A stretch of DNA of 64,000 bases, taken from assembly GCF_009914755.1 (NCBI RefSeq), contig NC_060926.1. One strand, 5' to 3'. The stretch's first letter is position 1; each line of letters begins with the position of its first letter. Source of the DNA: the human T2T-CHM13v2.0 reference genome, Homo sapiens. Shown piece by piece: positions 1-19,059 of the stretch. The notes beneath the pieces were generated by a model. That model had not been told where the DNA came from. It was given only the letters and a program-made list of their open reading frames with translations, and did no database searches. The position numbers and the translations under genes were made by a program.

Positions 1-2192
<2,192 letters not shown>

Positions 2193-2255
2193 TATGATGT
2201 TAGCTTGTTATTTTGCCCATTAATTGATGTGGTTTCTTCCTAGTATCGATGGTCT

Positions 2256-3270
2256 TTACAATTTGGCATGTTTTTGCAGTGGCTGGTACAGTTGTTCCTT
2301 TCCATGTTTAGTGCTTCCTTCAGGAGCTCTTGTAAGACAGGCCTGGTGGTGACAAAATCTCTCAGCATTTGCTTGTCTGTAAAGGATTTTATTTCTCCTT
2401 CACTTACGAAGCTTAGTTTGGCTGGATATGAAATTCTGGGTTAAAAATTCTTTTCTTTAAGAATGTTGAATATTGACCCCACTCTCTTCTGGCTTGTAGA
2501 GTTTCTGCCAAGAGATCCACTGTTAGTCTGATGGGCTTCCCTTTGTGGGTAACCTGACCTTTCTCTCTGGCTTCTCTTAACATTTTTTCCTTCATTTCAA
2601 CCTTGGTGAATCTGACAATTATGTGTCTTGGGGTTGTTCTTCTTGGGGAGTATCTTTGTGGTGTTCTATGTATTTCCTGAATTTGAATATTGGCCTGCCT
2701 TGCTAGGTTGGGAAAGTTCTCCTGGATAATATCCTGAAGAGTGTTTTCCAACTTGGTTTCATTCTCGTCACTTTCAGGTACATCAATCAAACGTAGATTT
2801 GGTCTTTTTACATAGTCGTATATTTCTGGGAGGCTTTGTTCATTTCTTTTTACTCTTTTTTCTCTAAACTTCTTGCTTTATTTCATTAATTTCATCTTCA
2901 ATCACTGATACCCTTTCTTCCACTTGATTGAATCAGGTATTGAAGCTTGGGCATGTGTCATGTAGTTCTTGTGCCATGGTTTTCAGCTCTATCAGGTCAT
3001 TTAAAGTCTTCTCTACACTGTTTATTCTAGTTAGCCAATTGTCTAATCTTTTTTCAAGGTTTTTAGCTTCCTTGCGATGGGTTCAAGCATCCTCCTTTAG
3101 CTTGGAGAAGTTTGTTATTACCAACCTTCTGAAGCCTACTTCTGTCAACTTGTCAAAGTCATTCTCCATCCAGCTTTGTTCCGTTGCTTGCGAGGAGCTG
3201 CGATCCTTTGAAGGAGAAGAGGTGCTCTGGTTTTTAGAATTTTCAGCTTTTCTGTTCTGGTTTCTCCCAT
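2256..3270 (-). pseudogene. L1 ORF1 (RNA-binding protein p40), frameshifted
   Basis: ATG at 3270 (ATGGGAGAAACCAGAACAGAAAA) and terminal ...CATGCCAAATTGTAA at 2256. Only 2413-2790 is open as a long frame. Confidence 0.9.
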
Positions 3271-3868
3271 CTTTGTGGTTTTATCTACCTTTGGTCTTTG
3301 ATGTTGGTGCCCTACAGATGGGGTTTTGGTGTGGATGTCCTTTTTGTTGATGTTGATGCTATCCCTTTCTGTTTGTTATTTTTCCTTCTAACAGTCAGGT
3401 CCGTTGGCTGCAGGTCTGTTGGAGTTTGCTGGAGATTCATTTCAGACACTGTGTGCCTGGGTATCACCAGTGGAGGCTGTAGAACAGCAAATATTGCAGA
3501 ACAGCAAATATTGCTGCCTGATCCTTCCTCTGGAAGCTTTGTCACAGAGGGGCACACGGCAGTATGAGGTGTCAGTCAGCCCCTACTGGGAGGTGTCTCC
3601 CAGTTAGGCTACATGGGGGTCAGGGACCCACTTGAGGAGGCAGTCTGTCTGTTCTCAGAGCTCAAACACCATGCTGGGAGAACCACTGCTCTCTTCAGAG
3701 CTGTCAGACAGGGATGTTTAAGTCTGCAGATGTTTCTCTGCCTTTTGTTCAGCTATGCCTTGCCCCCAGAGATGGAGCCTATAGAGGCAGCAAGCCTTGC
3801 TGCGCTGCAGTGGGCTCTGCCCAGTTCGAGCTTCCCAGCCACTTTGTTTACCTACTCAAGCCTCAGCA

Positions 3869-4036
3869 ATGGCGGACGCCCCTCCCCCTGCTGGGCTGCT
3901 GCCTCGCAGGCTGATCTCAGACTGCTGTGCTAGCAGTGAGCAAGGCTTTGTGGGCATGGGACCCACTGAACCAGGGGCAGGATATAATCTCCTGGTGTGC
4001 CGTTTTCTAAGATGGTTGGAAAAGTGCAGTATTTGA
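3869..4036 (+). pseudogene. L1 antisense ORF0 homologue (55 aa, shorter than the 71-aa L1HS ORF0)
   Basis: gcaATGg start; translation MADAPPPAGLLPRRLISDCCASSEQGFVGMGPTEPGAGYNLLVCRFLRWLEKCSI* resembles L1 ORF0 (MAGAPPPASLPPCSLISDCCAS...). Confidence 0.8.
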
Positions 4037-4128
4037 GTGGGAGTGTGCTGTTTTTCCAGGTACAGTTTGTCACGACTTCCCTTGGCTAGGAAAGGGAAAT
4101 CCCCTGATCCTTCATGCTTCCTGGGTGA

Positions 4129-4611
<483 letters not shown>

Positions 4612-5791
4612 ACTTTTTTATTTATTTCTGATTGCCATAATATTTCTAAGCCAATACTGATTGAGACCTACTCTGTACCAGGCATGGTCCTGGGAACTAC
4701 AGATAGAAAGATGATTAAGAATATGGTATTTGCTCTCTGTGATAAGTTCAATAAAGGATTCACATATGTAACCCAAATGTCCCCAACAAGCTTCTGGCTC
4801 CTGGATGAGATGACTTCAACTGTTTTTCCCTATATGTGTGTCAATTAATAGCATCGCTCACCTTACCTTCTCACCTTACCTCAATCTTTCTTCTCTCTGT
4901 GAATCTACAAAAATGGGAGTTTGTTTCTCATGTAGTTTATGTCAACATCCTATGTCTGCCAGCCTTCTGTTTTGGCAGCTTCCCTCTTTGTCCCTCATTA
5001 ATTATTAATAACGATTTGTCCACATTGTCCACATTGATGGTGCCTAACCTCTCTATTGGTGTACTTGGAGTGTGTACCCAGGGGAACTAACCTGTTTCCC
5101 ACCTTTGGTGTTCACTCCTTTCTCTGGCTTGTTGGTTACATTTTTTTTTGCTCCACTCTTCGGTAGGGATTGGGACAAGGGATGAGAGTGAGGTGGAAGA
5201 GAAAAAAGGTATCTTTCTGGCAGAATTGCTTAGGCTCATAATGATAAGGTTTTTTTATATAACTTTTTTCTGATAATCTTGCTTTTGCTTTTTAGCCCCA
5301 TATTATATAGGGAACCGGGTGGTTGGATGAGGGTGGCTTGAGTTGAGCCTCATTTGAACTCAGAACAAATGTTTCCATCTATTAAACACTTATCCTCAGA
5401 CCTGGCTCACTGTGGCAGACTCCTCTCTGGAGTCTGGCTTATGGTGGCCCTCTTCCCAAGCCCACTGGACATGCCTATATATTTCTGAAACTTGGTTGTA
5501 CATAGGTTCAAACTCATTGCCATGGAGTCCTCAGGAGTCATGCAAATAAGTATGTTTTGATCATCTTTGCTGTTAACAAGTATCTCTAAAACCTAGTGGC
5601 TTAAAATAACCATCGTTTTATTATCTCTCATAGTTTCATGGGTTGACTCAGGTGGGCAGTTCTGCTCGTTTCACTTGGAATTTCTCATATGGTTGCCGTC
5701 AGTTGGTGACTGTGGTTAGAGTCATCTGGACTTTACTGCAATCAATGTGCCTGTTCATTCTCTAAGTAGACTCAAGACCTCTTCTGTTCTT

Positions 5792-6210
5792 TTTTTTTCT
5801 TTTTTAATTATACTCAAAGTTTTAGGGTACATGTGCACAACATGCAGGTTAGTTACATATATATACATGTGCCATGTTGGTGTGCTGCACCCAGTAACTC
5901 GTCATTTAACATTAGGTATATCTCCAAATGCTATCCCTCCCCCCTCCCCCAACCCCACAGCAGGCCCCATTGTGATGTCCCGCTTCCTGTGTCCATGTGT
6001 TCTCATTGTTCAATTCCCACCTATGAGTGAGAACATGTGGTGTTTGGTTTTTTGTCCTTGTGATATCTTGCTGAGAATGATAGTTTCCAGCTTCATCCAT
6101 GTCCCTACAAAGACGTGAACTCATCCTTTTTTATGGCTGCATAGTATTCCATGGTGTATATGTGCCACATTTTCTTAATCCAGTCTATCATTGGTGGACA
6201 TTTGAGTTGG
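5792..6210 (-). mobile_element. 5'-truncated L1PA 3' end with 18-bp TSD
   Basis: L1 3'UTR (GGGTACATGTGCACAACATGCAGG...) flanked by AAGACCTCTTCTGTTCTT at 5774-5791 and 6211-6228. Confidence 0.95.
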
Positions 6211-7054
6211 AAGACCTCTTCTGTTCTTATGGCCACTCCATGTGGCCTCTGTCACGGGACTTTTTACGTGGCAGCTTAGGGTTTCCCAAAGCCAGCATTC
6301 CAAGATGGAGGAAAAAAAATCAGTCCATCCTTTTAAAGGCTAGGCTTAGAAATAGTGTAGCATCACTTTTGCTGAATTCTACTGGTTAACTCAAGTCACA
6401 GGCCAGCCCAGATTCAATGTGGGAGGGTTTTATGCAAGGATATGAATACTGAGTGTCATGGTACAATGGATGGCCATCCTTAGAGACTAGCCACCACAGT
6501 CCACCCTCTGTTTCTCAATAATGTATGTCCTTCCTTCATGCAAAATACATTTTTCTCCCTTCCAAGACCATTGAAGTCTACTCATACCATGGCATCAGGT
6601 TTGGGCTTTAAATCCAGGATCATGTCATCTGAATCATATCTAGGTGAGCTTAAGGTTTCTTGGGTTCAGCTATCGTCAACCTGAAGACTGATGAAGTAAA
6701 AAGACAAATAATCCGCTTCCCACCCAAAACACAAATACAATGGCTAGGCAGTGATGAAAAACTGAAATAGAAATCCCATTCATGAAAGGGAAAACAGGAA
6801 GCATAGAGCAGTCACTGGTTCATAGCAATTCTGAAATTAAGTTGAGAAAATTTTGCCAATTCTTTGACCAAAATTCATTTCTACTCCCTAGAGTGGTCCT
6901 CTGTGGCTCTTGGTTCCACCATTTAGGCTTTGTTTTCACCCTCTGAGTCATCTTTCCTTTTGCATAAGAAATGGCCTGTATTTACAGCTGAGTAGCTTCC
7001 TCAGCTTTCTTTCTATCAATATAAACCTATGGCCCAGCGACTTCTTTTCATTTT

Positions 7055-8407
<1,353 letters not shown>

Positions 8408-9005
8408 GACTTCTTTTCATTTTAAACTATGTTTGCATCTTTTAGTCCAAGCTGATGGTACAGTTCTCTTGAACTGTGCCAGTGTCCTATCAACCTTACA
8501 GGGTCACTCGATTAGACAGAAGCCACATACACAATTGTTTTTGAGACAGACCCCCTCTACCTTGGCCTGTGAATCAGGGTGCTGTGGGACAATGTCTTAA
8601 TATTCTTAGAAGCTCTATTGTCTGGGTGAGAGTGTTTATAAGACATACCATTTAAGGTTCTTAGAAGTCTTTCTGTGTAGATAAAAGGGTCTATGAGGAA
8701 TATCCTCAACACTTCCTAAGGTCTCAACAAATTGGCTACCTCACTGATGCAAAATTACTCCTGGGATCATGTTTTGCCAGAAGAGTCCTGGATTTGATCT
8801 TTGCTGTGAGGTCATCTCTTCCAGGATCTTTTGCTGCCTGGAGGAGCTAGAAAAGAGAAAGTTTTATTTTTGAATCCAGAAAGTCCTAAATTCTGTATAT
8901 TTTCTCCTAATTTTGGTTAAAAACTGAAGAATTACTTTTTTAGTTCATGTTTCTCCTCCTGTATGTTAACACAGGCAGCCAAAAGAAGCCAGTTGGTGCT
9001 TTTGA

Positions 9006-9331
9006 TACAGTCGTATGTGTGGGGAATTGGTTCCAGGAACACTGCAGATACCAGAATGCGAGGATGCTCAAGTCCCTTATATAAAATGGTAGAGTATTTG
9101 CATATAAACTATGCACATCCTTCCGTATACTTTAAAACATCTCTAGATTACTTATAATATCAGATACAATGTAAATGCTATGTAAATAGTGGTACTACAT
9201 TTTAAAAATGGGTATTATTTTTATTGCTGTACTATTATTATTTGTTTGAGTATTTTCCACCCATGGTTGGTTGAGCCAATGGATGAGGAACCCGTGGAGG
9301 CAGAACCCATGGATACAGAGAAGCTGACTGC
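9006..9331 (+). mobile_element. MER2-like TcMar-Tigger DNA transposon
   Basis: TACAGTCG...GGGGAATTGGTTCCAGGA...GGATGCTCAAGTCCCTTATATAAAATGG...GGATACAGAG...GACTG matches the MER2 consensus layout. Confidence 0.8.
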
Positions 9332-9861
9332 ATTCTGACTGAAAATCTCCTAGCCAGAGCTATCTGTTTACGACATATTCTTCCTGTCTTCCATGCTACA
9401 GGGGATAGTTTTGCTAATTGGTCTGCACATAATTCAGGTCACGTTTTCTCCAGTTTCCAATAGCAATTTCTTCGGTGTCCTTCGAGTCTTCACTATTCAC
9501 CTCCTTAAGGAGCTTTCCAGCTTCTGCCTGCCACTGAATTCCAAAGCCCATGCCATATGTTTTAGGGTTTTGTTATGGCAACACCCTACTTCTATGAATC
9601 AAGTCCTGTTTTGGTCGTGTATTGCTTAAACTTAAAACTTATGAGTACTTAAACAATAACCAGTTTATTAGCTCTCATTGTTCTGTGGTTGACTGAGCAC
9701 AGCCATGAAGTTCTACTGGTTTAACTGGGATCTTTCTTGTGGCTGCAGTAAGATGTTGGCTGTGGTGGGGGTCAACTGGTGGTTGCAACTGGGATCCCGA
9801 GACAGCTAGGTCTCTTTCCTTCTCCATATGGCCTCTCTGTGTGGTCTTTCTAGTCATGTAG

Positions 9862-10269
<408 letters not shown>

Positions 10270-11159
10270 TGAAATTGGTGCCGTGCCACTTTGACCACTT
10301 TCGATTGGAAATCTTAAGTCGGTGTAGGAGAGAACCACACGAGGGCATGGATACCACGAGGCGTGAAATTTGGTGTCCATCTTAGGAGACTAGTTACCAC
10401 ATAGTGTATGTGGCTAGATATTTGCAATTTGAAGTCAGCAGGAATGGAGAAGTATTCCTTAATTATGGACACAATTGTATTAGAGGATCTGCTGTGGTTC
10501 AGCTAGGAACATACCTACATACATGCAGGTATGTTTATGAACATGTGTGTGTGTAGACAGATATTAAAAATTTTGAAAATGCATGCAGTCATTGCCTAAT
10601 AACAGACAATTCACAAAACATACTTTGCTATGTGAGTTAATATGGAGGAAAATGGGAAAGACAAGAAATATTAGCCTGGAAGTGAAGGAATTCCTCATCT
10701 AAACCAAGGATTGCTACAGTATGGTAGTGTGACCTTGGACAAGTTCCAGCCTCTCTGGCTCTTAGTTTTCTTATCTTAAGAACCCTTTCCTGTTTAAAAT
10801 TCTTGGACACTAATCACATGTTTTGCTCTTTCTCATATTTCAAGACTGAGTTGAAATGCTACCTCTTCTGTGATGTCTTCCTCCAAATCTAAATCTAATC
10901 ACATCCTATGCAGAGTGATGTGATGTTCTCAGATTGATGGCCACCAAGTTAGCAAAAACTTTTTAAATGTTTCACCACATCTAGAGAACAAGGGATTTGT
11001 GAAATCAAACAGTAATTTGAATTATTTATCTGTGGGCTGAAAACACAAATTTGTCATTTTTTAAGTTTCTGCTTTTCATCATGGATATAACATAGGTGAA
11101 GTTCTCTATGTGGATGGCTGTTTCAACAGTCGTTTAAATAGATGTAATTATGGTCGTAA

Positions 11160-11567
11160 GGTAGACTAACTGCTAAAACAAACAACCCCAACATTTCAGT
11201 GGCTTAACATAATAAAAGTTTAGTTTTTGCTCATGTAATAGTTCAATATGAGCATTTGTGGACAAGCAGTTCCTGGGCAGCTCTCCTCTGCTATTTCCTC
11301 ACAGTTTTTCTTTCCTTTTCTTTTTAATGTCATTGAGGACTTCTCCATTCAACTGGCAGGTGAAGCCAGAGAGACTGGATGCACATGGAGGTTGTTCTGG
11401 TCCAGGTCCAGAAGTGATGTCTCTCTCCTGCCTGCATCCATTGGCCAGAACACAGCCACGTGACTGACTGCTCATAGCTTCAGGGGAGGCTGGGAAATGT
11501 AGTTTACCTGTGTGCCCAGGAAAGAGAGCAATTAGATATTGGTGAGCAGCTAGCATCCTCTGCTACA
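11160..11567. mobile_element. MLT1-type solo LTR (old)
   Basis: CAACATTTCAGTGGCTTAACATAATAAAAGTTTA... through GGAGGCTGGGAAATGTAGT...TGGTGAGCAGCTAGCATCCTCTGCTACA; typical MLT1 motifs. Confidence 0.65.
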
Positions 11568-11655
11568 ATGTCCTTTCTTCCGTTCTTCATATTTTACTCC
11601 ACAGCCCTTTGACATTTATTTATCTGTGTACAAATTCTATTTTTCACTTTAATAT

Positions 11656-11914
11656 TAGAGAATTTAGAAAATATAGAAAGGTAAAGAGAAGAAACCAATA
11701 ATTGCCCATAATAACTCAGTGGTTATTTGGTTATTTTTGGAATATTAATATGTATATATATATATATTTAGAATGGTTGAAATTATAACTTTGCATCACT
11801 TTGTAATCTTTTTTTAATCACTTAATAGTGCAAGAGAAGTACTTTCCTATGTCAACAAAACTCTCCATAATTGATGCCTAAAAAGCTTTATAAAATTCCA
11901 TCTCATGATAATTT
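11656..11914 (+). repeat. Copy 1 of a local ~260-bp direct duplication (old L1M-like AT-rich sequence)
   Basis: Aligns by eye with 13293-13321 plus 13642-13901 (shared AGAAAATATAGAAAGGTA...AGAGAAGTACTTTCCTATGTCA...CATGATAATTT). Confidence 0.85.
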
Positions 11915-13290
11915 ACTGTATGAGTAGAAAGAATAGAGAGAAATGTTTGGACAGGTTTCAAAAGACCTAGTGTATCAGCGAATCCCTGTGTTAATGGTAA
12001 AGCAGCTCAGTGTTATAGCCTCAGGGTGGGATGAGGGGAAGGAGACTTCTTGCTAAATACTTTCTCTGATATATTGCATGCTCCATTAGAATAAATATCT
12101 TAGTTTCAAATTGATAATTCATTATCAGCTAAAATGCTTCTTGAGATTAATTTCTTCTTTTCACTGTCAGCACATTAAAACACAAAGGGATTGGCAGATT
12201 ATATTCCAAAAACTGGAAGAGATTAATTTTGCCATTTGAATTATTTTGCATTTTGATAGCCTTCTTGGTTTTTTTTCTGTTTCTTTTCACCCGTAAGTAG
12301 TCAGAATTGTCATAAACATGGAGCTGCTTATTTTCTAGCCCACTAGAAGTAGTGTTGGACAGTAGCAGGGCTTCCTGATGCTCACACTATCAGATTTATG
12401 AAGCGGAAGAAAGATATTCCAGTAACGGGGCAAATTCACTTCCAGGGAGGAAATGCCAAGCAACCTTATTGCTAGTTAATGTCAACATGGATCAGTAGAA
12501 AGAAATTCTCCCTGATTATATGCTAAAGGCTGTGTCCTTTTTTGGTAAACTCTCCACATCTGTCATTTCTTGACAAATGAATCTTAGTAAAAACATGTTG
12601 AAGATGAAAAAGATAATAAGGAGACATTGTATTTTTATTGTCTTTATGTCTGTTAAACATTGTTTCTTGTTTCCAGAGATGCTTTAAATGTAAAAATTGA
12701 CATAGCTGTGAGTTGTTGGAACAGAAAGAAAAGTTAGAGTGCAGAAAATGTCAAAGTTTAACTGTTGTTCTCAAGTCTAACAGTGACTGCAGACTAGATT
12801 ATGAAAATCGAGTTGAATGGGGTCTTTTTCAAGCTACAATGAGACTGTTTTAATCTCACTGACGTTTTTGCCAGAGCTCTTTCTCAAATAATAATTAGGT
12901 CCTCCTCCAACTTAGCTTTCCTTAATCTTCTACTTTGAAAATTCTACCAAAATAAGCCTGAGTTAAATTTTGAACTAAAAATCATGAAATTTTATTGCTG
13001 TTATCATCATAAGATCAATATATTTTCATTGTTTGAAATTGAAAAATGCAGAAAAGTAGAAAGGAGAATGAGAATTGCTCAATCTTATTACCCAAAAACA
13101 ACCACAGTTATTATTTTGGAGTTTTCCTTTCTAAATATATATTTTACAAAGGTTAAATGTTGTAGTCATATTATATATACAATTATGCATCTTAATTTGC
13201 TTACTGTTATAAGAATTTACCATCTCATTACAGATCCCATAAATATGATTTTACTAAATATTTTATGATTATAAAACTAAGGCAGTATTA

Positions 13291-13698
<408 letters not shown>

Positions 13699-14290
13699 CT
13701 ATCACTCAGTGATTATTTGGTTATTTTTGGAATATCGATATGTATATATATATTTTTAAATGGTTGAAATTAAAATTTATAAACCACTTTGTATTCTATT
13801 TTCAATCACCTAATAGTACAAGAGAAGTACTTTCCTATGTCACCAAAACTCTTCATAAATGATGCCAAAAAACTTCATAAAATTCCATCACATGATAATT
13901 TGCCTAATGCCCTATTGTTGTGCAAAATAATGCTGTAATAAATATCTTCAGGTATAAATTTTTATTTTCATTTTTGAATTTTTCCTCTGGAAAAATTCTT
14001 AAAAGTCCCAGAGTATGAAAACATTAAGGTTTATGATTCACATTTCCAGAATAGTGGCACCTGTTTGTCTTCCTACCAGCAATGAATGTGTGCCTGTCTG
14101 ACACTGTCGCCTGCATTTTATTATTTAAAAAAAAATCCATGCAAATGACAGATGAGTATTAACATCAAGTTTCTCTGATCAAGCTGATTCTGAATAGTCA
14201 GGACAGTATTCTGAGGACTTCGGCTATTTGAATCTTGCACCTTCCATTCCCTGGGGTTAGAAGGAGCCTGTGTGTTCATGTCTATCTTTC

Positions 14291-14586
14291 TTTTTTCTTT
14301 TGAGACAGAATCTCGCTCTGTCGCCCAGGCTGGAGTGTAGCAATGCGATCTTGGCTCAATCCAACCTCCGCTTCCCGGATTCAAGCAATCCTCCTGCCTC
14401 AGCCTCTCGAGTAGCTGGGATTACAGGCGTCCCCCCCACCATGCCTGGCTTGTTTTTTGTGTTTTTAGTAGAGACGAAGTTTCACCATGTTGGCCAGGCT
14501 GGTCTCGAACTCCTTGACCTCAGGTGATCCACCCACCTCAGCCTCCCAAAGTGCTGGGATTACAGGCATGAGCCACCGTGCCAGCC
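14291..14586 (-). mobile_element. Alu (AluS)
   Basis: Dimer with perfect TSD CATGTCTATCTTTC at 14277-14290 and 14587-14600. Confidence 0.96.
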
Positions 14587-14970
14587 CATGTCTATCTTTC
14601 AATAAAGATTTTTGAGTGCTAGAACCCTCTGCTAGATTCTAGGGAAATAAAGACAAATAAGCTATGGTCACTGGACTTAAGGCAGAGTTTTTGAGCTGAT
14701 GTGCATAGGCACATGGTTGTGTTAAGATACTGAGCTTCTTGGCCTTTGGAGCACCTAGATGAGGCCTGAGGTGACTAGAACCACTGGGCTGGTCACTTCT
14801 GTCAGACAAGTGAGTGGACTTTGTTGTTGAATCTGATGTGACCAAGGTAGGAAACACTGCCTCCCGATCATCTGGATGTTCTTCTAGGTCTTTGTCTTTC
14901 TCAGAACCACAGATTCTTGGGCAAGAACAAATATTTTGTGAGTCAACTAGTCTTTCTTCATTGCCCTCCA

Positions 14971-14977
14971 ACACACA

Positions 14978-15009
<32 letters not shown>
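14971..15009. repeat. (CA)n microsatellite
   Basis: About 19 CA units with one TA interruption. Confidence 0.95.
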
Positions 15010-15158
15010 TATCCCATGCTGCTGATGGTGGGGAGGGCAGAATCACATTCTCTATGACCTACAATATAACCTGGTAAAATACAATATTTCTTACTATGGG
15101 CTTAATTAAGCTCTTTGAAAGGCTGCAGGACCACCTTGGGCAAGATTAAAGGCACTAC

Positions 15159-16150
15159 TTTTATTTATTTATTTATTATTATACTTTAAGTTCTAGGGTA
15201 CATGTGCATAACGTGCAGGTTTGTTACATATGTATACATGTGCCATGTTGGTGTGCTGCACTCATTAACTCGTCATTTACATTAGATATATCTCCTAATG
15301 CCATCCCTCCCCCGTCCCCCCACCCCACAACAGGCCCCGGTGTGTGATGTTCCCCATCCTGTGTCCAAGTGTTCTCATTGTTCGATTCCCACCTATGAGT
15401 GAGAACATGTGGTGTTTGGTTTTCTGTCCTTGCAATAGTTTGCTGAGAATGATGGTTTCCAGCTTCATCCATGTCCCTACAAAGGACATGAACTCATCCT
15501 TTTTTATGGCTGCATAGTATTCCATGGTGTATATGTGCCACATTTTCTTAATGCAGTCTATCATTGATGGACATTTGGGTTGATTCCAAGTCTTTGCTAT
15601 TGTGAATAGTGCTGCAATAAACATACATGTGCACGTGTCTTTATAGCAGCATGATTTATAATCTTTTGGGTATATACCCAGTAATGGGATGGCTGGGTCA
15701 AATGGTATTTCTAGTTCTAGATCCTTGAGGAATCACCACACTGTCGTCCACAATGTTTGAACTAGTTTACAGTCCCACCAACAGTGTAAAAGTGTTCCTA
15801 TTTCTCCACATCCTCTCCAGCACCTGTTGTTTCCTGACTTTTTAATGATCACCATTCTAACTGGTGTGAGATGGTATCTCATTGTGGTTTTGATTTGCAT
15901 TTCTCTGACGGCCAGTGATGATGAGCATTTTTTCATGGGTCTGTTGGCTGCATAAATGTCTTCTTTTGAGAAGTGTCTGTTCATATCTTTCACCCACTTT
16001 TTGATGGGGTTGTTTGATTTTTTTCTTGTAAATTTGTTTAAGTTCTTTTTAGATTCTGGGTATTAGCCCTTTGTCAGATGGGTAGATTGCAAAAAATTTT
16101 CTCCCATTCTGTAGGTTGCCTGTTCACTCTGATGGTAGTTTCCTTTGCTG
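15159..16150 (-). mobile_element. 5'-truncated L1PA (ORF2 C-terminus and 3'UTR)
   Basis: Encodes [20 protein letters not shown] (ORF2 Cys-rich domain) and MFIAALFTIAKTWNQPKCPS; TSD TAAAGGCACTAC at 15147-15158 and 16151-16162. Confidence 0.96.
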
Positions 16151-19059
16151 TAAAGGCACTACCTTTTAGTTGTAATGATTTATGAGATTTCAGACTCTCC
16201 CTAGCTGGGAAGGAACATGGTGAATTGCATTATTCAGAGGGCACAATAAATAACCCCTCAGTTCTCTAACTAGGTTCTGTACAAGTTAAAAGACAGGTGG
16301 AGGCCAAAATATCACTCTTACTGATGGAGGACTTCTGTTCTCTGTGGGTATCTCAATCCCAGTAGGAGAAAGGAAATTCCAAGGTAGGAGAAAAGAAAGC
16401 TTATGTAAGCATGCCCAGTTTATTATTCTCAAATTTACTCATCAGCTAAATCACTTCTGTATACCAGAGATGGAAACAGTACAGGGACAGAGAAAAGCAG
16501 GAGTAGACTGCAGTAGACTTCCAACTCCTTGGAAAGAAACATCAGGAATGGAAGAATCATTTCCTGCCAACAATATGTTAGAGCAGAAGGTACAAACTGG
16601 GAGATTTAAATAGGTAACCGTGGGCCAGACCACAGACACACTAAAAATGAAAGGCAGTAGAGACTCACTGTAGATACTTGAGAAGGGGCAAGATGAAGAC
16701 AATTTAAAGAAAAGCATAAAACAGTAATAGATAAATTCAAAAAGATAGTTCAGAGAGCAAAAAGAGACTGGGTGTATTAGCAAAGGTAAGAGTAAAAGTA
16801 AAGGCTTAGACAGTGTTTTTGGAGAACATTTCAAGAACAAAAAGGAAATACATACAAAGAATAGGGTTATTCTGTGTTGATCCATAGGACAGAATTATAT
16901 AATCTAAAGTGGAAGTTGTGCCAATATGAGCTTTGGTTCACTGCAGGGAGAGCTTAGGATTAGAGCTGCTGAAATTTATATCGGGCTATTAGACAGGTTT
17001 TTCATAGAGCAGAAGTCACTACGATGAGCCAGATCTGGTCCATTTTCATGTTTTCTTTGACTGCAGGCAGTGTTTCAAAACAGTAGAATGAGTAAACACT
17101 TAAACATTTTAAAGTTACTCAAAATCTAGATTTCAAGTTTCTCTTGAAAAATGGGAAAATCTAGCAGCATTGGGCCCATTTGCCTGAAGATAACAATTGA
17201 ATAGAGCTGTGTAAGGGTGGCCTGATGTAGAAAGGCATGTGTTTTCTTGTTTGCCACAGTCTTCGCCATTCCTTATTGCCCGGTACCTTTACTTTTTAAA
17301 TTACATGCCTAGTCCCTATAGGAATGCGACTTTTCAACCCTTGTTTTACAGGGAGTCCCCTCCACTGGGAGGGAGGATGAATTCAGTGACTCTTGACTCA
17401 GAGCTTCTGTAACTCTGTAACTTTTGGCCATTTTATCTAACTTTTTCTCATCTTAATTATGACCATGTTTCTTTAGTGATATGCTGTTTTTATTATGTAC
17501 ATTTTATTCTAGTAATATTTCTTCTTGCTTGGGAACAACCATGTGAGGTTTTTTATCAGGCGATAAATGCAAAAATGGCCAACAGAAGCTGCAGACAGGC
17601 CTGATCCCAGGCCAAATAGAACATGACCAAATTTGTTGGAGGCACTGTTTTTCTCCGACTCAGCACTCCCCTCACTGGGAAGGAAGGGTCCTTTGAGTAC
17701 TTAGGAGTCTTGTTATTCCAGCTTGTTCTCATTAGTCACTACTTAACATGACCTCACAGCACCCTCCATGGCTCCTGGTTGGCCTATTGAACTGCTTGGC
17801 ATGGCTTAATTGATGAGAAGTTATCCCAAAGCCACTGCAGATGAGTATATTCCCCATAGTCAGCCAAGGAAATCCAATCCACAAGAGAGAAGGTAAGTCA
17901 TATGATTCTAGAGAATCTAGGAAGAGACATAGAGGATGGTGAGGAGACAGGAGCAATGGAGGGGGGCGCGGAGGGCCAAGGGGGATGCTGGTAGGGAAGG
18001 GGAGGGACTGGTAGGGGTGGGACAGAACAAAGTGTGAGTGCATTGCAGAGTGGGTGCAGGATGAACTTTGTCAACTAGGAATTCTGATCACTGTTGTCAC
18101 CTTTATATAAAGTTTGTACTAGACTGGAGGTGGGTTACTTTTGTGTTTGCCTCATCTTGTTGATTGAGCATGGCTTGTATCTCATTTCTTTATAGTGATT
18201 GACAGCCACTAAAGCGTAAGAACATTTGCTATTATGTTATAGTGACAAGGGGCCTTAGATGCTCCTTTATGCCATAAAGAATATGTATGTTAATAATGAT
18301 AAAACCAGTACAATATAACCTAGATATATGCAGTGCTTTACTTCACGGGGTGAAAGTTAGGCTTATAAATGTTGCTGCATCTCTGGGAAATGTTCCAGAA
18401 TAAGATATGCATCCTTGGGTATCACCAAATTTCAGCCTACGATCTGCCCCAAGGCTTGTATTACAATAAAGCATGGTTTTCTTCTATGACATAAACATCA
18501 TCAAAGATTACAGACATATGCCACACCTATTTCCATTTAATAATTTATAGCAACTAGCAAACAACATTTAACTAAATGTAAATTCTCAAATATAATAATT
18601 GACCATTTTGCAGTATGTTGCATTTTACCAAGTGCTTCCACGTAAACCACTTTTTGAACTCCTCATAAGACTGATCCTGGACCCTTCGGTCCTGGGTTGC
18701 CTGGTCCTGCCACTGCACTTCACTGCCTTTCTGCTGCTCTCAGCAGTTCTCAATTTTTGCTAAAATGCATTTCTTGTAAATTCTTTAATAAAACAAATCA
18801 TCATAAAATGGATTGTGAATTCCCAGAACAATGTTATAACTGAGGGTTGCTTTCTTGACTTAGAACATGAAATCTCATAACAAATAACAAAGATTTACTA
18901 CCAGTATTTCTTTTTAAAAGATAATAAAATTAAGTTCCATAAAGAGGAAAGGAATATATATACATGTTGATTATGCAATGGCTCAAATATGTTGTAAAGT
19001 TTATATAAAACCCAGAAAAACTCTAGCTCTACTGTATCATAAATATGATTCATTTAAAG

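Noticed and set aside
3481-3514. Tandem AGAACAGCAAATATTGC repeat in the L1 5'UTR
   Set aside because: Resembles a repeated motif native to older L1PA 5'UTRs rather than a locus-specific event.
16344-18043. ORFs of 89-144 aa in intergenic DNA
   Set aside because: Low-complexity composition, no recognisable homology and no splice or promoter support.
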